A DNA stretch of 35,994 bases from Candidatus Bilamarchaeaceae archaeon. GTDB taxonomy: Archaea; Micrarchaeota; Micrarchaeia; Anstonellales; Bilamarchaeaceae. Shown piece by piece: positions 1 to 7,347 of this stretch. The notes under the pieces are model-generated. The model saw nothing but the letters and a program-made list of their open reading frames with translations, searched no databases and was not told where the DNA came from. Every line of letters begins with the position of its first letter. Positions within the stretch are counted from its first letter, which is position 1. The stretch spans positions 1-35,994 of the forward strand of contig JAWCKZ010000009.1 of the NCBI GenBank assembly GCA_038851325.1, in the 5' to 3' direction. Position numbers and translations under genes: made by a program.

Positions 1-16
1 GGTATAGCAAATGCAA

Positions 17-301
17 TCAGATGCTCTTCAGCCCACCCCGTACATCGCAGCGTGCAGCTCCTATCCCTATGCTCTTCCTTACCTCGTGTGGGTTTTTCGA
101 AACGTCAAACCCGTTCACGGTGGCGCTTCCGGCATCTGGCCTTCTCATGGTGACGAGCATGGATATGAGCGTGGTCTTGCCTGCCCCGTTCGGCCCGAGC
201 AATCCGAATATCTCGCCCTGCTTCACGCTGAGCGATACGTTGTCCACTGCAACAAGCGAGCCAAACCTTTTGGTTATCCCAGTGATTTCAATAGCAGACA
301 T
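17..301 (-). pseudogene. Truncated ABC transporter ATP-binding subunit (DrrA/CcmA-like N-terminus only)
   Basis: MSAIEITGITKRFG...GLLGPNGAGKTT (Walker A). Similarity ends at 'RKSIGI' and a stop follows before the Q-loop, signature and Walker B. ATG at 301; TTTATAAA upstream (~328-335). Confidence 0.75.
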
Positions 302-513
302 GTAAACCATCTTTTACCCGAAAAGAATTTATAAAAGCGAGCGATTTCAAAAAGCCTGTTGCGAATTATCACGTGGAATACAGAACAACACTGTGCGACT
401 GTTATTCAATTGGAATAGGCCCACCTCCACCAAGAGGCAAGAAGATTGAGATTTGAGAAAACGAATGAGAGCAAGGCAAAAGGATGAGGGTTGCAGGAGC
501 ATTTGCTGCACAC

Positions 514-548
514 ATAGATTTTTAAATATATGTTAATCATAATTAACA
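514..548 (+). promoter_or_regulatory. BRE/TATA promoter with downstream 7-4-7 palindrome (putative operator) for the AAA+ ATPase
   Basis: TTTAAATA at 521-528, followed by TGTTAAT-CATA-ATTAACA at 531-548, 26 nt before ATG 575. Confidence 0.5.
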
Positions 549-574
549 CAAAATATATTCTAGGTTAGGTATGC

Positions 575-1828
575 ATGACCGACATTAAAGATGCCCTCCA
601 GGAAATGAATCCTTGGTGGAAGGGTACCATTAAGATAGAGTTCAAGGACAGGGACATTTACAGCCAGATAAGGAAATTCATGGGCCTTCCGCAGATAATA
701 GCACTGACCGGCCTTCGAAGGGTAGGCAAAACCACCCTGGCACTTAAGATGGCAGAAGATGCCATGAGCAACGGGCTCGAACCAAGGAACGTAATATACT
801 TCTCGTTTGACGAATTCAGAACAACCGAAATCAGGGAAGTCATCAGAAATTACGAAAGGATGATGGAAAAGGACTTAAGAAAGGGAAGATACCTGCTGCT
901 GCTTGACGAGATACAGAAGGTAGAGAACTGGGCGGATCAGCTTAAAGCGCTGTATGACTTATACTCCAAAAATGTCAAGATGGTAATCTCCGGCTCAGAA
1001 TCGCTTTTTATAAAGAAAAAATCCAGGGAAAGCCTGGCAGGAAGAATGTTTGAATTCAGGGTGGAGCCACTGACATTCCGCGAATTTCTTGCCTTCAAGG
1101 GCTTCAAGGCCGAGCCTAAGGGCTTATACGAAAAAGAGCTCGCCACGCTTTTTTGGGAGTTCGTGCTTACGCTCGGTTTCCCGGAGCTGGTAGGCAGAAA
1201 AGACAAGGAAATCGTAAAAAAATACGTTCGGGAAAGCGTAGTGGAAAAAATCGTATACAGGGACCTTCCGAAATTATTCGATATCAGGGACCCGGCAATA
1301 TTGGAATCGCTGCTCAATATCCTGATGGCCGAACCCGGGCAGATTGTGAATCTCTCAGACCTTGCTGCTGAGCTGAACGTTTCAAGGCAGACAGTTTCGA
1401 ATTATCTGAATTATCTTGAGGAATCGTTCCTTCTGAGAAGGCTCTACAATTTTTCAAGAAACAGAAGAAAGGCAGAGCGAAAACTGAAGAAGTATTACTC
1501 TGTTGTGGTTTCCCCAGACCTGCTGTTCAAGGAAGACGATTATTCAAGGTCGCGGGTTTTTGAATGGCTGATCGTAAACCAGCTCAAGGCCGAATTTTTC
1601 TGGCGCGATCCTTACAAAAACGAGGTTGATGTCGTAAAGGCAGAGGATAAAATAACGCCCATTGAGATAAAATACAGGAAGATGGACTTCGAAGGGCTTC
1701 TTGCTTTCATGCGCAAATTCGATATCGATGAGGGTTTTGTCGTTTCAAGCGAAAAGGAGGAGGAGCGCAGGGTGAATGGCAGGACGATACATATAGTGCC
1801 GGCTTTCAAATTCCTCCTGAAACAATAA
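575..1828 (+). CDS. AAA+ superfamily ATPase (AAA_14 + HTH + DUF4143 PD-(D/E)XK-like C-terminus)
   Basis: NPWW start, Walker A GLRRVGKTT, Walker B LLLDEIQ, SGS, ESLAGR, HTH LSDLAAELNVSRQTVSNYL, C-terminal EVDVV...PIEIK. Confidence 0.9.
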   Translation: MTDIKDALQEMNPWWKGTIKIEFKDRDIYSQIRKFMGLPQIIALTGLRRVGKTTLALKMAEDAMSNGLEPRNVIYFSFDEFRTTEIREVIRNYERMMEKDLRKGRYLLLLDEIQKVENWADQLKALYDLYSKNVKMVISGSESLFIKKKSRESLAGRMFEFRVEPLTFREFLAFKGFKAEPKGLYEKELATLFWEFVLTLGFPELVGRKDKEIVKKYVRESVVEKIVYRDLPKLFDIRDPAILESLLNILMAEPGQIVNLSDLAAELNVSRQTVSNYLNYLEESFLLRRLYNFSRNRRKAERKLKKYYSVVVSPDLLFKEDDYSRSRVFEWLIVNQLKAEFFWRDPYKNEVDVVKAEDKITPIEIKYRKMDFEGLLAFMRKFDIDEGFVVSSEKEEERRVNGRTIHIVPAFKFLLKQ

Positions 1829-1958
1829 AATGCGTTTCTTCAGGTAGGAACGGTCAGAAGGGGATTTTAGGAGAGGGCAGGGCGAGAATTATAATGGTGG
1901 AGAGAGGGGAGAGGATAATTATGGCGAAGAAGGAGAAGAAGATACAATTCTGAAGCAT

Positions 1959-3434
1959 CTATAAAAGCCTGCAAAATTCACAATCCTCTTTTTTTGGGGG
2001 ATGATTTGTGTTAATTCTATATTTTTCTTTTATCAAATGGTATAATGCAGATTCAACTTCATTAAGTTCTTCTTTCTTTGCGCTTACAAACGAGTATAAA
2101 CGATACACTCTTTTTTTCTGTTCATTTAATCTTTGTTTGACATCTTTAGCTTGGCCAACATAAATTCGTGGTTTTTCATTCCAGAAGCTCAATAAACAAT
2201 AACAACCTGGATTTTTTTCTTTCAAATCTTTTTCTAGAAATGTTTCTGCTCTGAATACTAACGGATTTAAGGCACTCAAAGCTTTTATAACGCCCTTGCT
2301 AGGATATGCTACTTTCTTCATATAATTATCGCGTATTTTTTGATCTATGAAATCTAATTCGGGATTTATAATATTAGCAAGCTCCAAAGCATGAGTTTTG
2401 AATTCCTTCTGCGAAGTTCCCCAAGAACGACCTATCTTTCCATCTTTTTTCCATTGTTCTATTCTAAATTTTCTGAATATTTTATCTATTGCATCTTCGG
2501 TTTTTGTTATATCTGCAGCATCAAGATGAAATAATAATGGAGCAACAGTATTAAGCGGCCCAATTCCAGCACCATTCGTTAGCATGTATCTTTTGCCATT
2601 CTCTGGATCAAATGCATCTGGATTTTTGTTTTTTATTAGGTTCCACATTTTTGTCAAGAACTCTTCTTTCATTTTTAGATTAACATATTGTAATGAACCA
2701 CTTTGTTGACAATAAGTTCGGAGGGTATCGACAAATGAAGCTTGATTAACTGGCACCCATACCCTCCCGCGTTTTTTCTCCTCATTCCGACTTTCATTCG
2801 GTCTCAACATTAGATTATACCATGGACGACCCGGTATATTGTTAAGTTGTATGGCGATGTTCGTAGCTTCCATCTGCCATTCATCTACACCTAAAACTTT
2901 CTTTAATTTTTCAATGAGTAAATTTGCTTGGCTTAAATTAATATCATGAAGAACTGTCAGGACTAAGTCGGGCCTCACCTTTTTTTGTTTTGTATTGATT
3001 ATAAGAAATTGGGCAGCTTCTTTGAACTCATCTAAACCCGCTATTATAGAAACCGGTAATTCAAAAGAATCAAGCTTTGAATTAATTAAGCCATATACTC
3101 TATGCTGCCCATCAACAATATTCATCTTAGCTGAGTTTTTGATAATTATTTTCCCATTTTTATAGTCTATATCATTTTTATCAGGGATATTGATTATAAC
3201 CGAACTCGCTAATATCGGCCAAATCAACTTATCATCCTTATACCCCGAAATGAATTTAGAGATATCATTGATTCTTTTTTCATCAATTACTCTTTGATAA
3301 CCCTCGCCTTTTTGATACCTAGCAACTCTAAGGATTTTCTTTTCTTCTAAATCTCTCAGTTGTTTAACTGAAACCTTTGTTAAATAAACTGGAATCTGAT
3401 TCTGTACCAACGCAATACCATCGAGTTCAATCAT
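1959..3434 (-). CDS. DGQHR (DndB/ParB-like) domain protein with C-terminal GIY-YIG nuclease-like domain
   Basis: YQR...IVDGQHR...FLIINTKQKKV motifs. C-terminus PGCYCL...IYVGQAKDVKQRL...E...NTNHP...CEFC. Confidence 0.85.
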   Translation of the reverse strand: MIELDGIALVQNQIPVYLTKVSVKQLRDLEEKKILRVARYQKGEGYQRVIDEKRINDISKFISGYKDDKLIWPILASSVIINIPDKNDIDYKNGKIIIKNSAKMNIVDGQHRVYGLINSKLDSFELPVSIIAGLDEFKEAAQFLIINTKQKKVRPDLVLTVLHDINLSQANLLIEKLKKVLGVDEWQMEATNIAIQLNNIPGRPWYNLMLRPNESRNEEKKRGRVWVPVNQASFVDTLRTYCQQSGSLQYVNLKMKEEFLTKMWNLIKNKNPDAFDPENGKRYMLTNGAGIGPLNTVAPLLFHLDAADITKTEDAIDKIFRKFRIEQWKKDGKIGRSWGTSQKEFKTHALELANIINPELDFIDQKIRDNYMKKVAYPSKGVIKALSALNPLVFRAETFLEKDLKEKNPGCYCLLSFWNEKPRIYVGQAKDVKQRLNEQKKRVYRLYSFVSAKKEELNEVESALYHLIKEKYRINTNHPPKKEDCEFCRLL

Positions 3435-3539
3435 GTAAATGTTTGCTGAAAACTAGTTTATAAATTTCTGTTAAAAGGCAAAAAAGGTCAGGTGGGTGGA
3501 ATATAGGATTCCTGAGGAAGTGACTAAGAGGAAATGAGA

Positions 3540-4172
3540 TTAGATTACAAATTTATTATTGATTTGTACTCCGAATCCATTCTTTTTTGCTTCTTGGATA
3601 AGTCGACTTAAACTCTTTTTTTGGTTAAGTGGTAATGTTGAAAGTTTTAATCCTTTGGCTGTGGTTAATTTTAAAACAGCTACTGGCGTTAACTTTTTTT
3701 CGTTTATTGCTACATTCTGAAGATTACAGAAAATAATCATTCGCAAAAGGCCGTCCTTTATATGTCTTCGAGAGACGGAAGATGATCATTTTTCGTATTT
3801 TTACCTTCTACCAGATAAACGCGACTGCCTTTGAAATTTATCTCATCAGCCGTGAAGTAATAATTACCCAAATAATTTTTTATAGTTATTGTCCCTTTAG
3901 TACCGGATAATCTTTCTTTCTCGTGTTTTGTTCTGCTTTCTGAATGCTGAGCTCTCATAGCCAAAGTACGCGAATAACTCATAAATGATTCTTTGCCTTT
4001 TAGTATTTCATTTATTCTTTTTTTGATCCCTTGCTCCGAGTGCAACCCGACACCCGTCGTTTGGGATATCAGTTCATGGGCTTTTTTTGCTTTTTTGGAA
4101 ATCTCTGAAATCTTTTCAACTTGTAACATATTCCAATGCAATGCATCTGACTGATAAGAGGTTATCTCATAA
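3540..4172 (-). pseudogene. Frameshifted, 5'-truncated PD-(D/E)XK nuclease (probable type II restriction endonuclease-like)
   Basis: FTADE...LVEGK catalytic-like motif. ORFs 3758-4141 and 3540-3746 join in frame (LPSLEDI-KDGLLRMIIF) if 2 nt are removed from the ATATA run at ~3759-3763. The frame extends upstream without a start codon (EITSYQSDALHWN). Confidence 0.7.
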
Positions 4173-4219
4173 ACATGCCGAAAAAGCGCTTCGCATATAT
4201 CAAATCACAGGAGGACATC

Positions 4220-4330
4220 GGGGTAACGAAACATCTCCGGAAAAATTAATCGGATGGGCAAGGAAAGGAAAAACGCGAATGGGCTGAAAAACGCGGAATT
4301 CGTAGTTGCGGACGTGCGGAAGCTTCCTAA
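4220..4330 (+). pseudogene. Relic of a class I SAM-dependent methyltransferase
   Basis: Two frames read G..SPEKLIGWARK and NANGLKNAEFVVADVRKLP, resembling the post-motif II/III region (GIDISxxMIxxARK...NVEFVVADxxxLP). Confidence 0.45.
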
Positions 4331-4371
4331 TCGTGTTCAGGGAAGAAACATCCTAGCTAACAAATTATCTG

Positions 4372-4401
4372 TGTTTCTAAAAATTTAGAAACATTTATAA
4401 A
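4372..4401 (+). promoter_or_regulatory. Perfect 10-2-10 inverted repeat abutting a TATA box; putative antitoxin operator
   Basis: TGTTTCTAAA-AA-TTTAGAAACA (4372-4393), followed directly by TTTATAAA (4394-4401); ATG at 4425. Confidence 0.65.
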
Positions 4402-4424
4402 TAAAAAATGTTACAAATCGAAAT

Positions 4425-5012
4425 ATGCTCAAGAAGAAAGAGGTGGTATACCGGTACATCCTTACCGAAGCATTGGAGAGGAAACAGCTCTCCTTCACCC
4501 AGCTTTCGCTGTCAAGGATGTTCGGCATCTCCCTGAGCACGGTAAGCAACGCCCTCAAACCGCTCGAAAAAATAGGTGCGATAGAGAAAAGAACCCGCTC
4601 CTTCAACATAATAGATATAAGAAAAGCGCTCAGCTTCTGGGCAACTGCAAGAAATATGGCAAAGGATATCGTTTACTCCGCAAGAAGCGATCTTCCTGTG
4701 CAGAAAATCGAGGCCGGAATGCCTGCCGAAGTAGTTTTTACCGCATATTCCGGCTACCGCTTCCTGTACAATGAAGCGCCTGCTGATTACGGCGAGATTT
4801 ACGTATATGCGGACAAAAAAGCGCTGGAAGGGATAAAAGAGCGTTTCCCTGAAACAAAAGGGTCTCCGAATGTTTTCGTTCTGGAAAAGGATGCGTTCAT
4901 GCCTGAGGGAAACATCGCGCCTATCCCGCAGATATACGTCGACCTATGGAACCTTAAGGAATGGTACGCAAGGGATTATCTGGTTGCGCTTGAAAGGAGG
5001 CTGTTCAAATGA
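4425..5012 (+). CDS. Winged-HTH protein, AbiEi-like type IV antitoxin
   Basis: N-terminal HTH (FTQLSLSRMFGISLSTVSNALKPL), TAYSGY, C-terminal PIPQIYVDLWNL. Overlaps the downstream NTase by ATGA. Confidence 0.7.
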   Translation: MLKKKEVVYRYILTEALERKQLSFTQLSLSRMFGISLSTVSNALKPLEKIGAIEKRTRSFNIIDIRKALSFWATARNMAKDIVYSARSDLPVQKIEAGMPAEVVFTAYSGYRFLYNEAPADYGEIYVYADKKALEGIKERFPETKGSPNVFVLEKDAFMPEGNIAPIPQIYVDLWNLKEWYARDYLVALERRLFK

Positions 5013-5641
5013 CTAAGGCAAGGGAATTCTGGCCTGAGATGGTCACCCAAAAGAGCTGGGAGAAGCTTGTTTCACTATCCAAGGAATACGATTTCACGGT
5101 GATAGGCGGTTGGGCTGCCTACCTCTGGACTGGGATACATAAATCAAAGGACATAGACCTCGTTATAGATTATGATACGCTCAACATCTTCAGGGGCAAA
5201 TTCCCGCTCGAGAAGAACGAAAGGCTGAAGAAATACGAGATAAAGATGGGCGAGTTCGACATAGACCTCTATCTTCCGGGATATTCGAAGCTGTCCTTTC
5301 CTGTGGAGCACCTGAAGGAATATACGAAGAACGTAAAGGGGTTAAGGGTTCCGTGCCCTGAAGTTTTGGTAGTTTTGAAGCAGGGGGCTGAAACAGAGAG
5401 GAGAGGCTCGATAAAGGGAAAGAAAGACCTGATCGATATTCTTACGATCCTGATCCATTCCGGCTTTTCGATGCGGAGGTATAAGGAAATAATTTCGAAA
5501 TATTCCCTGAAGAAATTTGAAGATGAGTTGGAGAAAGAGGTTTTGCTTTTCAATCCGAAGGATGCAGAATATCTGGGGATAAATCTGAATGAATTCGCAA
5601 AATGGAAGAGGAATTTTCTTAAGGAATTGAAATCCGCCTAA
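5009..5641 (+). CDS. Nucleotidyltransferase, AbiEii-like type IV toxin
   Basis: VIGGWAAY...KSKDIDL Pol-beta NTase motif, FDIDLY, LK..A..R...K..KDLIDI C-terminal motif. Confidence 0.75.
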   Translation: MTKAREFWPEMVTQKSWEKLVSLSKEYDFTVIGGWAAYLWTGIHKSKDIDLVIDYDTLNIFRGKFPLEKNERLKKYEIKMGEFDIDLYLPGYSKLSFPVEHLKEYTKNVKGLRVPCPEVLVVLKQGAETERRGSIKGKKDLIDILTILIHSGFSMRRYKEIISKYSLKKFEDELEKEVLLFNPKDAEYLGINLNEFAKWKRNFLKELKSA

Positions 5642-5735
5642 CATATCAAAGCGACCCCCTTGCCGTTCTCGAAAGCCAAGAAACCCGCTTGCCTTGAAGT
5701 AATTAGATTATTTTAACAAATCCTTAAAATTTTCA

Positions 5736-5760
5736 ATAGATTTTTAAATATTTCGAAATA
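5736..5760 (+). promoter_or_regulatory. Promoter of the chaperone operon with a 12-bp palindrome (putative heat-shock operator)
   Basis: TTTAAATA at 5743-5750 overlaps the perfect palindrome TATTTCGAAATA at 5749-5760; ATG at 5772. Confidence 0.55.
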
Positions 5761-5771
5761 ATGTTAAAATT

Positions 5772-6269
5772 ATGGCATCTGAAAAGGCTGAGAAGATACC
5801 GGTCAAGGTAAGGCGGAGAACGCACGAGCAGACAGCAGAGCACATTGGATGGGAAGGTGCAGAGGGCCAGGTAAGGCAGGCACAGCCGAAGGCGCTTGAG
5901 ATACGCGAGATAGAGGAGCCGAGAGTAGCAAGCCCGGAATCAACGATAGACTGGATTTTCAGATGCCTTGGTGGGGACGATGACGACGAACTTGCGAAAG
6001 AGGTTTTTAGAGAGTTAGTTCGCATGGGAAGCAGGGGAATACGCTCAAGAGATATTCAACAGAAAACAGGGGTTACGCAGGGCGCAGTGGTCTATCATCT
6101 TAATACATTTATGCGGCGCGGGCTTATAATTAAAAACGGCAGATATTACTATCTCAAAAGGCAGACGCTTGACAGGACGCTGGAGGAAATAGAGAATGAA
6201 ATGCTAAGGCATTTCGAGCGGATGCGAAGGTTTGCAAAAATGATAGAGGAAGAGATGGAAGGATTTTGA
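5772..6269 (+). CDS. ArsR-like winged-HTH transcriptional regulator (putative heat-shock regulator)
   Basis: IRSRDIQQKTGVTQGAVVYHLNTFMRRGLI wHTH plus a C-terminal helix; first gene of the hsp20-grpE-dnaK-dnaJ cluster. Confidence 0.75.
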   Translation: MASEKAEKIPVKVRRRTHEQTAEHIGWEGAEGQVRQAQPKALEIREIEEPRVASPESTIDWIFRCLGGDDDDELAKEVFRELVRMGSRGIRSRDIQQKTGVTQGAVVYHLNTFMRRGLIIKNGRYYYLKRQTLDRTLEEIENEMLRHFERMRRFAKMIEEEMEGF

Positions 6270-6291
6270 GTATGTTAAAGGAGGTGTAAAC

Positions 6292-6732
6292 ATGGCAAAG
6301 GAAATTAGGGTATATGACCCGTTTGAGGAAATGAGGAGAAGGATGCGCGAGATGGACGAGATGATGGAGAGCCTCTTTATTAGGCCAAGGAAGGAGGAGT
6401 GGGTTATTCGCTCTCCGCTCAGTGACCTTGTTGATAAGGGCGATAAATTTGAACTTTCAGTTGAGCTGCCCGGAATGGAGAAGGAAGATATCCACATAGA
6501 AGCTGATAAAAGTTCTATCTCAATCTCGGCCGAAAGGAGAAAGGCTGAAGAGGAGAAAAAGAAGAATTATTATTATTGCGAAAGAAGCTACACAGGTTAT
6601 AAACGAACATTCAGCCTTCCTGAGGAGATCGACCCAGAGGCTGTGGACGCGGAGTTTAAGAACGGAGTGCTGAAAGTTGAGATGAAAAAAGCAGCACCTA
6701 GAGAGAGGAAGAAAGAGGTAAAGATTAAGTAA
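6292..6732 (+). CDS. hsp20: Small heat shock protein Hsp20/alpha-crystallin
   Basis: VELPGMEKEDI...ERSYTGYKRTFSLP...AEFKNGVLKV, C-terminal VKI; SD AAGGAGGTG upstream. Confidence 0.95.
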   Translation: MAKEIRVYDPFEEMRRRMREMDEMMESLFIRPRKEEWVIRSPLSDLVDKGDKFELSVELPGMEKEDIHIEADKSSISISAERRKAEEEKKKNYYYCERSYTGYKRTFSLPEEIDPEAVDAEFKNGVLKVEMKKAAPRERKKEVKIK

Positions 6733-6738
6733 CGGGTG

Positions 6739-7347
6739 ATGAAGATAGAAGGAAAGGAAAAAGGGAGAAAAGAAGAAGATAGAATCAAACAAAAGAGTGA
6801 AACAGAGGAGCGTACCTCCCCAGAAAACGCTGTAAAGATAGGGGAGCTCGAGGATCGGCTTCTAAGGCTTCAGGCAGAGTTTGAAAATTTTAGAAAGAGA
6901 AATGCGAGAGAACAGGAAGCCCTTGCTGAGAGAGCAGTGGCTTCTTTTCTTCTAAAACTCCTTCCTGTAATTGACGATATGGAACTCGCGCTGCGGCATC
7001 TAAAAGAGAAAAACAGAAGTGAAGAACTCGAGGGAATAGGGATGATTTACAAAAAACTAATGCAATTGCTTATGCGCGAGGGGCTTACAAAAATGGATTC
7101 CCTCGGAAAGCAATTTGATCCGTATTACCATGAAGCGGTACGGCAAAGGGATGGAGAGGAAGATAGAATAGTAGACGTAATCCAAGAAGGTTATCTTTTT
7201 AGGGGAAAGGTTCTTAGACATGCAAAGGTGGTTGTGGGAAGCGGTAAAAAGGCACCAGTTCAGGAAGAAACTCAATCGGGCTTAAAGGACCTTTCCCAGG
7301 CTGATCCTGCTCATATGAAAAAAGAAGATAAAGGTGATGTGGCATGA
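6739..7347 (+). CDS. grpE: Nucleotide exchange factor GrpE
   Basis: [42 protein letters not shown]. Confidence 0.95.
   Translation: MKIEGKEKGRKEEDRIKQKSETEERTSPENAVKIGELEDRLLRLQAEFENFRKRNAREQEALAERAVASFLLKLLPVIDDMELALRHLKEKNRSEELEGIGMIYKKLMQLLMREGLTKMDSLGKQFDPYYHEAVRQRDGEEDRIVDVIQEGYLFRGKVLRHAKVVVGSGKKAPVQEETQSGLKDLSQADPAHMKKEDKGDVA

Noticed and set aside
1850..1945. Purine-rich low-complexity tract with loose ATAAT..GG.GAAGA repeats
   Set aside because: The repeats are too degenerate; it is most simply the pyrimidine-rich terminator region of the minus-strand DGQHR gene.
1959..3434. Complete Dnd phosphorothioation or Dpd system
   Set aside because: No dndC/D/E, pbe or dpdA genes are in the window; only the DGQHR domain is present.
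1..5700. IS element, integrase or provirus explaining the island
   Set aside because: No transposase, recombinase, terminal inverted repeats or viral genes are recognisable.
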